Below the pieces are notes generated by a model, which ran no database searches, was not told where the DNA came from, and was given only the letters and a program-made list of their open reading frames with translations. DNA of 64,000 nt, from positions 14,012,001-14,076,000 of the forward strand of contig JBHGNT010000014.1 in NCBI GenBank assembly GCA_043228905.1, read 5' to 3'. Made by a program: the position numbers and the translations under genes. Shown here piece by piece: positions 33,414 to 43,800 of the stretch; the stretch's first letter is position 1, and each line of letters begins with the position of its first letter. This DNA is from Azolla caroliniana. Its lineage: Eukaryota > Plantae > Polypodiophyta.

Positions 33414-34067
33414 GCGTTGTCGTGACGATTTTCGGCTACGGTGTGAAACCGAGTGAGACGAATAAACCAAGGATGTGCAACATTGCACATGCACTTAGCA
33501 AATAAACCTAGCCTAGTGGCACTTGAGTTCATACACAGGGGTGCAAGCAAGGTTTGAACCTTGCACCTCTAAGATACAAGATGATTGCCTTACCATTAGG
33601 ACAACTATCATATAGTGTAGATTATATGTATTTCCTTTTCATATACAAATTATAGACGAAACAACCATAGAAAACCATGTGCACAAAACCATGGTTTTAA
33701 ACCCATGGTTTGTGCATGACATAAGCAAAACCGTGTGCACAAAACCATGGTTTTAGCCCATGGTTTTGTGCATGTCACGAGCATGGAAAGACCTATAAAA
33801 GCCTCTAGTTGGGCTTGTGTAAGGGGGGCTCAATATGTGATATCACCAACACCATTATCATCAATATAATTATATTTGTCTTTATCTTCTTCATTATTTT
33901 TCTACTTCTCAAGTGTACAATTTTTCTCCTTCTCAAGTAAACCAATTTCATCTAATCTTACATTGATCGTCATCTAGCATCGATAATTCCGCGAACGTCC
34001 TCCCCAGTCCAAGACCCCGGTGGTCGCTCGAGTAGCACACGCACGCGCGAATCTTCGCGACATCATT

Positions 34068-34085
34068 TGGTGAACCCGACGTGAA
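34068..34085 (+). promoter_or_regulatory. PBS, tRNA-Trp(CCA)
   Basis: TGGTGAACCCGACGTGAA, complementary to the recalled plant tRNA-Trp 3' end; the same PBS occurs in D1 and H. Confidence 0.85.
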
Positions 34086-34106
34086 GAGCAGCAGGGGAGG
34101 ACGAAG

Positions 34107-36203
34107 ATGGATGGCGAATATCTCATGGAGGCAATGTCAAGAAGGATGATGGAGTTTCTGAGAGAAGAGAAAAGAAGAAATGAAGCCCAACAAGCCGTCG
34201 ACAAAGTAGTCGAACGAATGAGCTATTTCAACGGTGCCGAAGTCCAAAGTTTCCTAAAAGTCTACAATGCGGAGATGGATTCAAGAGGTGTGGACAAAGC
34301 TATGAGGCTAGAGTACTTTTGTCGGGTGGTGTCTCAACCGATCTTCAAAGATGTAACAGAGCTTCTAGAAGCTCATGATTCGTGGGCGACTTTCAAGAAG
34401 GCTCTATTGGAGGAATATGGCTATGAGAGGCAGAAGGGACAAGATCGACGCAACTTCGACCAATGGGTGACATCAGCGAAGACCCACCAAGGCGCGACAC
34501 AAGCATTCGTAGACTTCGAGCATCAATTTTCTCAATTGTCGGAGCGGGAACAAAGATTGGTGGGGGTTGATAAGGTCCTTATGTTCGTGAAGTCAATCGA
34601 TCGAATGGAAAGGATGGCGATCGGTCTCAAACTCGAAGAAGATGATGGTGCAAATGGCCTCATCGAGGATTGGAGCAAAGTGGAAAGTGTATGCCGACTA
34701 CACGATAAGGGGCAAGCGAGAATATCGACGACAACAAGACGGCTCATGAGGGACGATCGAAGAGGGACAAGATGCAACAACGCGCCACCAACAAAAGAAA
34801 TGAAGCTTAAAAGGGAGACAAAACCGAGGCAAATGGTGATCGAGGAAGAAGAGACCTCCCAACAAATGCGGGTTAATGAAGTGGCCGATACAAAGGCTAA
34901 GGTTCAGTATGACAGTACCGAGAGAGAAGGTGCGAAACAAGTCACCTTCTTGTCTTACGAAGAAAAGACGGCCAAGGAGGAGGCCGATGACTCGAGGACG
35001 GCGAACGCCACTTCGAGGGAGGATAAATGTTTCGGAACACGCATTGTGTACGAAACATCGGGTGATGACGGCGCAAGCATGAGAAAAGCTTGCATGATCG
35101 AGGGAGAAAAAGTGTTTGAGTCTGAAGAGATTGAGGAGGTAGCCATGACAAACGACATCGAGTCGGAGGTGGCTATGGATGAGTCGACGACGGATAGCCA
35201 TGTCGACACTTTCTTCACGCTTGTTCCAGAGACTTCGGCGGTTGCGCCCATGTGCCAACGTGAGACCGGAGAGACGGAAGGTGGTGATGGGAAGACGAAG
35301 GCCCAACACAAGGAGGAAGAAGATCGAGGAAGAAAGGATATCCCCACACCTATTCTAGAGACTTCGGCGGTTGTGCACGTGCACCAACGTGAGACCGGAG
35401 AGACAGAATGTGTGGACAAAAAAGAGGACGACCGGAAGGGCGATGAAGAAGACAAGGTAAATGTAAATGAACGAAGGGATTCCTTCACACTGGTTCCGGA
35501 GACTTCGGCAGTCGAGACCGTGTGTCGGCATAAGACCGAAGATAAAGGAGGTGGCGAAGAGGAGACAATATGGCTCGAGGCGAGCATACACGGAGGGAAG
35601 GATATGGCCGACGTGGAGGCCAAGGATGAAGCTGCGGTTGAGTTCGATGGAGAGGTTGCATGCGGGAAGGAAGGAAGAGTCGAGAACCGGTTGAACCGGA
35701 AGACGATCCGGCCGGGATTCCGACCCGAACGAAGGAAGATCCACATGGGAGCCGATCGACCGGGGCCGACCCGGCCGAAACCTAATTCGGCGAAAATCGA
35801 TCGAACAATTCCAATCCAAAAGGGGGTCGACCCAGCCAGAATCAATCGGTCGAGCCCGACTCGGGGAAATGTGAATGCAGACGAAGGCCAACCAAGCCAA
35901 GAAGCGATCGGTGGAGACCAATCCGGACAAGGGCAAACCTGGCCTAATCGGAGATCGACACGAACGATCTACAATACCCAGTTGAAGACGGTGAGCGTGA
36001 GGAGTGGCCAGGAGTCCAATCGAAGGACACGCGCGGTGGACGAAGGAAGAGCGGTCGTATCGACGACATCGTTCGGTAGATCTACTACAACCGATCGGGG
36101 AAGAAGGTGTGAGCGCCGGATATGGTGGATCGGGTGGCTACGGTGGTTCGGTTGGAAAGATTGCGCATACTCGAAGTGGAAGACGAAGTCGACGAGCGTG
36201 TAG
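34107..36203 (+). CDS. Gag-like protein of D2 (698 aa)
   Basis: Intact; nearly identical to the D1 proteins. Confidence 0.85.
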   Translation: MDGEYLMEAMSRRMMEFLREEKRRNEAQQAVDKVVERMSYFNGAEVQSFLKVYNAEMDSRGVDKAMRLEYFCRVVSQPIFKDVTELLEAHDSWATFKKALLEEYGYERQKGQDRRNFDQWVTSAKTHQGATQAFVDFEHQFSQLSEREQRLVGVDKVLMFVKSIDRMERMAIGLKLEEDDGANGLIEDWSKVESVCRLHDKGQARISTTTRRLMRDDRRGTRCNNAPPTKEMKLKRETKPRQMVIEEEETSQQMRVNEVADTKAKVQYDSTEREGAKQVTFLSYEEKTAKEEADDSRTANATSREDKCFGTRIVYETSGDDGASMRKACMIEGEKVFESEEIEEVAMTNDIESEVAMDESTTDSHVDTFFTLVPETSAVAPMCQRETGETEGGDGKTKAQHKEEEDRGRKDIPTPILETSAVVHVHQRETGETECVDKKEDDRKGDEEDKVNVNERRDSFTLVPETSAVETVCRHKTEDKGGGEEETIWLEASIHGGKDMADVEAKDEAAVEFDGEVACGKEGRVENRLNRKTIRPGFRPERRKIHMGADRPGPTRPKPNSAKIDRTIPIQKGVDPARINRSSPTRGNVNADEGQPSQEAIGGDQSGQGQTWPNRRSTRTIYNTQLKTVSVRSGQESNRRTRAVDEGRAVVSTTSFGRSTTTDRGRRCERRIWWIGWLRWFGWKDCAYSKWKTKSTSV

Positions 36204-36942
36204 AGGAACTCGGTTGATCACCGTTGCCAAAGATCTCACCTCTTCACCTTTCTCGGCACATACCGGAGGATGTGCGGGTTTGGTGGGGGTGGATGTCGTG
36301 ACGATTTTCAGCTACGGTGTGAAACCGAGTGAGACGAATAAACCAAGGATGTGCAACATTGCACATGCACTTAGCAAATAAACCTAGCCTAGTGGCACTT
36401 GAGTTCATACACAGGGGTGCAAGCAAGGTTTGAACCTTGCACCTCTAAGATACAAGATGATTGCCTTACCATTAGGACAACTATCATATAGTGTAGATTA
36501 TATGTATTTCCTTTTCATATACAAATTATAGACGAAACAACCATAGAAAACCATGTGCACAAAACCATGGTTTTAAACCCATGGTTTGTGCATGACATAA
36601 GCAAAACCGTGTGCACAAAACCATGGTTTTAGCCCATGGTTTTGTGCATGTCACGAGCATGGAAAGACCTATAAAAGCCTCTAGTTGGGCTTGTGTAAGG
36701 GGGGCTCAATATGTGATATCACCAACACCATTATCATCAATATAATTATATTTGTCTTTATCTTCTTCATTATTTTTCTACTTCTCAAGTGTACAATTTT
36801 TCTCCTTCTCAAGTAAACCAATTTCATCTAATCTTACATTGATCGTCATCTAGCATCGATAATTCCGCGAACGTCCTCCCCAGTCCAAGACCCCGGTGGT
36901 CGCTCGAGTAGCACACGCACGTGCGAATCTTCGCGACAGCGT

Positions 36943-38985
36943 TCTGATGTCGATCCACAAACGTTTTACGCCGTTGTTGTTCCTGCTCCAGCAATGTCAT
37001 GCTGTGGACGTGTTTTTCCCCTAGTTTGAGGAGTTGGTAGAGCCGTATCTCCTCTGACTTGGCTTCGGATAGTCGGTTCCGTACCTGAATTCGCAAACTA
37101 GGTATCTGAAATTCGACCGGCATCACAGCCTCCAGCCCAAACGCTAGTCGAAACGGTGTTGACTGTATGCTTGTTTTGTAGCTGGTTCTGTATGCCCATA
37201 ACGCACTCTGTAGTTTGGTATCCCAGTCCGTTCTATTTTCATTGACGATTTTCTTCAAAATGGTCTGTAACGTCTTGTTGGTGGATTCTGCTAATCCATT
37301 CGCTTGCGGATAATATGGCGTGCTCTTCTTATGGACTACGGCGTAATGATGTGTTAGTTCCCGAACCACCGTATTGACAAAGTGACTCCCTTGGTCACTA
37401 ATGAGCTCAATCGGGCAGCCGAACCGGCACCATATGTGCTCGTAAAGGAACCTGGCTGTGACGGCCGCCGTATTTTCACGTAGGGCCTTTGCTTCTACCC
37501 ATTTGGTGCAGTAATCCTTGGCTACCAATATGTATTTATTGCCCGTACGGGCCGCCGCTGGTGTGTGAAGGGCCCCACAAAATCCAATCCCCACTTTTGG
37601 AAGGGGTCTAGTGGTAATATGGGCTGGTGTGGCATCCTTGCGCCCTCCGCGGGTTGTCCCATCCGTTGACACAAATCACACTTTCGACTATACTCGGATG
37701 CGTCCTTCTATGTTGTTGGCCACCATAGGCCTGCCTGCCGTACTTTCCGGGCTATAACGTTGCCCGCGTAATGGCCGCCTGTAGTGCCGCAGTGTGCCTC
37801 CCGTAAAACTGCTTCCTTCTCATCCTGACGTACCCCACGTCACCAAATGCCATCACTTACTTTGTGATATAAAATGCCTTCGACGAGGCAGAAGTGACGG
37901 CTTCGGACGGCTAGTTGTTTCTTCTAGTCCGTGCGTAATTGTGGTGGAGGCAATCTCGTAGTTAAAAAGTACGTCATTTCCATAAGCCATCGGTCCAGAA
38001 AGGTCGATTCCGTTCTTTCTGCTAGTGTCGCTACCCGCAGGATGTCGATGTCCGGAAAATTGTCGTCATCTTTCTGTATTGTTTCTCCATTCTCGAGTTT
38101 GCTCAAAAAATCCGCCACTGCGTGTTGCGTCCCTGGTCGGTGCTGGATTACGAAATCAAATTCCTGGAGCAACAACATCCACCACGCCAATTTCCCTGTC
38201 AGGGCTTGTTTCTCCACCAAATACAGAAGTGCTGAATGATCCACGTGGAAAGTGAATTTCCTTCCTAATAAATAGTGCCGGAATTTATTAATGCTATAGA
38301 TCATCCCTAGCGCCTCCCGCTCTGTTGTGGAGTAGTTACGCTCTGTTGTTGATAATTTGCGACTAGTGTAATATACTGGCCGGTACCAGCTTGGTTCGGT
38401 GAGTTGCATTAGTGCACTTCCTATTGCTATGTCCGAGGCGTCGATGAACACGTGGAATGGCTTCGTCCAAATTGGTGGTTGTACGACGGGAGCCTGTGTG
38501 AGCATTATCTTAAGTGCCTCGTAGGCCTTATCCTCCGTTGCCGTCCATTGGAAAGGAGTCTGATGTACGACAGCGTGTAACGGTGTGGCGAAGTCCGCCA
38601 AATACCGTATCATCTGACTATGCCACCGTATTTGCCCCAAAAAATGGCTGAGTGATTTGGCGTTTGTCGGAGTGTTGGCTTGCGTAATCGCGGAGATTTT
38701 GTTCGGGTCAACCGCTATTCCCTCCTTGCTGACTATATGGCCCAAGAGAGTCCCGCTGGTCACGCCAAAAGCACATTTTGCGGGATTCAGGCTTAAGCGT
38801 GCTGTGTGGCAACATTCCAGGCACAGTTGTAAGTGCGAAAAATGGTCTATTGTTTTCCCATATACCGCAAAGTCGTCTAAAAAAACTTGCATGAACGCCG
38901 GAATGTATTCCCCAAATATCTCCGTAATTGTCTGTTGAAATGTTGTCGGAGCTGTATTCAGCCCGAACATCATGACGACTGCCAC
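36943..38985 (-). pseudogene. F pol remnant: 3' RT, RNase H, integrase
   Basis: FLDDFAVY, IDASD and YYPQANGLAE motifs; stops and frameshifts present. Confidence 0.92.
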
Positions 38986-39139
38986 ATATTTAAGTCGTAT
39001 GCAAAGGATTCATCTCCCAAATTGTTTGGAATTTCCATTCAGAGCCCTCAAGGCAGTTGCGGCGACGGGCTGAATCTCAGTGGATTGTAGCAGCAAGGCT
39101 ACTCTGCCACTTACAATACTCGGCCACATATTTTAAGTC
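38981..39139 (-). other. Captured fragment of the 25S (LSU) rRNA 3' end, in permuted order
   Basis: GTATTGTAAGTGGCAGAGTAGCCTTGCTGCTACAATCCACTGAGATTCAGCCC and GAATCCTTTGCATACGACTTAAATA match the recalled plant 25S terminal sequence. Confidence 0.85.
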
Positions 39140-39144
39140 ATAGC

Positions 39145-39162
39145 GTGCCACCAAGCATGCCA
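39145..39162 (-). promoter_or_regulatory. PBS of F (degenerate Arg-TCT type)
   Basis: TGGCATGCTTGGTGGCAC, 4 nt inside the 5' LTR. Confidence 0.65.
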
Positions 39163-39166
39163 AAAG

Positions 39167-39605
39167 TGTTGCCGATTAGGAACACGGTCCGCGGTCAGTC
39201 CTTCGACCTAGACCTCAATGTGGGTGTGGAACAACGAACAGGTGTTTTAAGCGTAATGCGTAGGGGAAGAATCCCTGTAACCTATCAGCGTATAAGGGAG
39301 ACGGCTACAACTGAATCCCTATCAAGGGTTACACTTCCATACTTAAATGCTTAGGTATTCAAGACACACAGTGAATTAGCCGTAGCTATACACAGGAAAT
39401 ATAAGAAGATAGAATTCTATTATCAGGCGTTTCTTTACACTCCCAAAATTACACGCACCCTCTATCAGAGGTTTTCTGCCCTTTATATACGCAGGGTCTA
39501 TTTAGCCGTTCACACTTCCTGCGTGAATCATTACATGCGTTATGCTCCTATATTATTTCCTATTCCTACGCTTTTGTCTGCTAGTTACTATTCCGGCGGA
39601 CAACA
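39167..39605 (-). repeat. F 5' LTR
   Basis: Direct repeat of 29556-29996; TATATAAA on the minus strand. Confidence 0.95.
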
Positions 39606-39610
39606 GTGCT

Positions 39611-40283
39611 ATTGGTGCTTTCCATGACCAGGTGCAGTGGGGAGAGGACTTCTGACTTCTCGTGTTCTACTCGGTGAGTGCGGACTCGAACACACTTTCA
39701 TCGAGATCCAATAAGTGGGTGTTGAGGCATGACTTTTCCATGACATGTTATGCTACCTCTCGAGATTCTGCCCGAGTCTGGAGTTTAACTTAGGGATTTG
39801 CTTCTTTCATACCTCTATGGGTAGACAACATCTATTCCTCGATGTTTACCTGTTCTTGTCATAGATCTCTGGGCGTGCCAAAAGTGTGTCCAGTTAGGGT
39901 GACACTATGCCGAGTCCCTAGTCCTTCGGGGTTTGGCTTCAAGGAAATTGTGGTTCAGGAATGGGAGAGTACGTCGTAACCGTGATATGGGTGACTATAC
40001 ACTAGACTCGTAAGTGTTGACTTAATCGTGGAGACTATGGAGATTAGGAAGACGGCTACCACCAACCTCTTATGCCCTAGCATACAAAATGTATATGGCT
40101 TAACATAGAGAAAATACGCTCGGCAAGAAAAGATACTAACAATTACACGACACAGAGAGTCAAGCAATCAGAAACTATATATGGAGATGCTGAATACAAA
40201 ATTATCACTCTCTATTACAAGTTTTCCATTTCGTTTATATACAAGGTCATAGGTGGTTACGCTTGCAATGGCATGTCAACCGT
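39611..40283 (-). mobile_element. G: gag start, PBS (39871-39880) and inner part of the 5' LTR (from ~39885), interrupted by H
   Basis: TGGCACGCCC PBS preceded by TTT and an LTR-like end, as in A, E and F. Confidence 0.7.
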
Positions 40284-40809
40284 TGTAGTGAAGTTTCCAG
40301 CATGTGTGTTACTTGGGCGGGACCACAGGGGTCTTGGACTAGGGAGTACTCAAGGGATAGAGAAGACCCGAGGTTTGCTTTATGACAATACTACTTCCCG
40401 ACCCCTTCCCAAGCAAGGTCTCATTGCCCTTTGTTTTGTGAGGCTAGTGGCTCTCGTTGATCAAGACTCGTCGACCTTTCGAAATCACCTCACGAAACAA
40501 GTGATCAAACAGGTACAACCAAGATGAGCACGCAAGATGAACACACAAGGGGACGATAACACAAACACGAATGCCCATACGTCTTTATGACGAGGAGACG
40601 TGCATGGGCACGCCCGAACACTCCTTCGTCACAAGACGTCGAACGTACGAGGAAGACACAAATGCACGTACACCTTTATGAGGAGGAGAGGTGCATGGGC
40701 ACGCCCGAAACACTCCCTCTTCACAAGATGGCCGATCGTACAAGGAAGACACAAACACATGCACAAAATGCTCGTATGGCTTTATGAGGAGGAGAGGTGC
40801 ATGGGTAAG

Positions 40810-43800
40810 TGTGAAAGATTGCTTGTGGAAGCGTTAGAAAGAACAATACACAAACAGAGAGAGAGTACGCGGGAGAGAGAGAGAGCGAGAGAGAGAGAGA
40901 GAGAGAGAAGGACACACTATTCTTGAAAATTATATGAATACTCTGTTCTCTGTATATACAACACACTCATCAGCGCTATTTATACAAGTCCACACGGGAC
41001 TGTTAGAAGTACGGTGTACTTCAATGCTCACACGAGCATCTAACACTAACTACGAGACTATAACTGCCTAGTAGTCTAACCTATACTAGGCTTCCGGTTA
41101 CGGATTGGATCCGGCATACCAACTCCCCAACTCACCGGTCCTTACTGCTTACCGGCTTGGTTGCTCACCGGCATACCGATTCATCTCGCTTACCGGTTGA
41201 GGCTTATTCAGCCGATCCAGCTCCGGTTGAGCTTGCTGCTCAACACTCCCCCTCAAGCTGAACCTGAGGTAGGGTCGTAGTGTCAACCTCTATGGCAGCC
41301 GCTTCTTCCAACCGACTTCTCCTGGTGTCGCTTCGCGTTGCTCGCGCTCCTTGTCCGGTCTGGTCCCGTTTGCCGTGACCCCTTCGGTTCTACGCACCTC
41401 GTCCTTCGGCATGTCTGCTCAATAGGCCCATCTCAGCTCCTTCACTGCTATGACTACGGCGCTTGCCGATCCGTCGGTTCCTCCGCGATGGCATCGACTT
41501 CCGCTGCGTCCGTGTCTCCTTGGAATCTCGTTCATCCGACTCATCCGGATCCGTCTGTTGATCCGAATCGGCTGTCTCCGACTCGTTCCACCTCTTGTCC
41601 GAATCGGTATCCTTTGATTCGATTTTCGGCTTCAGGGCTCTCACCACATCGGACCACGTCCAGGTCTTGTCCTTCTCCTTGCTTCCCTTGGCTTCTTTAG
41701 CCGGTTCACCGAAGTCGAATTCTTCATTCGACTCCGCATCATGGCCATTACGATCGTGATGACCTCTGCATAGCATGCACTACTCTTCTTGAGTGTACAC
41801 TTCTTCTTCACAGCCGCTCACTCTGACCTGTTCGGATGTGCCAACTTCCTTCGTCGACTCGGCTTCATTTTTCTTCTTGTCTCCACCTCTACCGGTTCTT
41901 CTCTTACCTACGGGTTCAACAATTTTTTTCCTTTGCCCGTTTTGGTAGTGTCTTTGCCCTTGCGTCTCCCCCTCAAGTGCGGCATGTCGAGATGTTGAAC
42001 ACCAAGCATTTCGGTAAAGTGTTGCAACTTGTCCGACCCGAGCGGCTTGGTGAAGATGTCGACAACTTGCCGATCCATGTGAACATACCGTAGTTTAACT
42101 TCACCACTCAAGACCCGCTCACACACGAAGTGATAGTGCACTTCTATGTGCTTTGTGGGAGCATGGAATACAGGGTTCTTGGTGAGCTGCATGTTGCTGA
42201 GGTTATCGCAGTAGATCAGGATCAGGGTCGGTATTCAGCCTCAGTGCTGGATAGAGCCACTGTTGGTTGCTTTTTGCTGCTCCACGCAACAGTCGCGCTC
42301 CCAAGAGAAAACATAAAACCGGAAGTTGAGCGACGATCCGTTGCATCGCCAGCCCAGTCGTCATCCGTGTAGCTGACAAGCTCTTCGGTTATACCTTGCC
42401 GGTATAAGAGCCCCCGATCCTTAGTGCCGCTTACATACCTCAGTATTCGTTGCGCGCACTGAAGGTGCTCTAGGGTTGGCTTCTGCATGAATTGGCTTAT
42501 CACTCCGACCGGATAGCTAATGTCCGGTTGGGTGATGGTCAAGTATATCAAGCTTCCGACTATTTGTCGGAACCGTTTCTCATCGCAGGCTGGTCCGGAG
42601 TTGGGACGAATCTTCTGATTCCGGTCCAAGGGAGTGGAGACAGGTCGGCATTCCGTCATGCCGAACTTGTACAACATATTCAACACATAATGGCGTTGAG
42701 AAAGCAATATGCCGTCAGGGGTGCGGATCACCTCGATCCCCAAAAAATAATGAAGGTCCCCCAAGTCCTTCATATCGAATGCGTTCGACAACTGGAACTT
42801 GACGCGGTTGATTTCCGGAAGACCTGGGCCGGTGATGACTAAATCATCAACATAGAGTAAGATACATACCAGACCGTTTGAGCCTTGATGGATGAACAGG
42901 GAAGAGTCCGACTTAGAGGCAACAAACCCCATCTTTCGCAACCGGTGCGTGATCTTAGCATTCCAAGTACAACGACTTCCTGAGCCGGTATACCGCCGAC
43001 TTGTTCACCTCCGACTGAAATCCGGGGGGTTGAGTCATAAAGACTTCTTCTTCAAGATCTCCTTGAAGGAAGGCATTCTTCACATCCATCTGATGAAGAT
43101 GCCACCCCCTTGCCGCAGCAACCGCCAGTACCACACAAACCGTCGTCATCTTCGCTACAGGAGCGAAGGTCTCATCGTAGTCGATTCCGTGGGTTTGCGC
43201 ATATCCCCTCGCCACTAACTGGGCCTTGTACTGGTTAACTGTACTGTCGGCATTGTACTTTACCTTATACACCCACTTGCATCCGATCGGTTTATAGTGA
43301 CGGGTTGGGTCAACCAGGTCCCAAGTTCCGTTGGCATCCAGTGCCCGCATTTCTTCCTCCATAGCGGCACGCCAATTTGCGTCCTTTGCCGCTTCTACGT
43401 AGCTCTCCGGCTCACGCACTTCCGCGACCTTGGTCATGTACGCATAATGATGCGCCATGTACTCGTTATACCCGTACCGTTTAAGGGGATCCTTCTTGGC
43501 CGGTTCGGTCTTCGTTCCCGAAGATCTGCCTATGTCCTTGCCGAAGTCAGATACGCACCGATCCGACTCATCATTGCCGGTCTCAAATCTTGGCATCTTC
43601 TACTTCCCTTTCTCTTTGCGGGTGAACCGTCTCCTCGGTTCCTTGCGTGAGGAGAGCACGACAGAGTCTCCACTACTCCCCGTCTCATCATCCGACTGGT
43701 TGGACTAATCCAGTCTCTCATTCGGTCCACTTAACCGGAACGATTCCGGACTCTCATCTTGAGTCTTGGCTTCATCTTTCTCTACCTAGGCCGGTTCGGG

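Larger units (their letters stand above)
33418..36938 (+). mobile_element. Element D2: monomeric gag-only LTR element
   Basis: LTRs at 33418-34062 and 36294-36938 (2 differences by eye), PBS 34068-34085, PPT 36282-36293, perfect 4-bp TSD GCGT. Confidence 0.97.
29556..39605 (-). mobile_element. Element F: Ty3/gypsy deletion derivative (no gag, no protease, no 5' half of RT) with extra ORF; hosts D2
   Basis: LTRs at 29556-29996 and 39167-39605 (about 20 differences by eye); TSD GTGCT. Confidence 0.95.

Noticed and set aside
38981-39139. rRNA gene
   Set aside because: Only about 100 nt, mutated and permuted, inside a TE.
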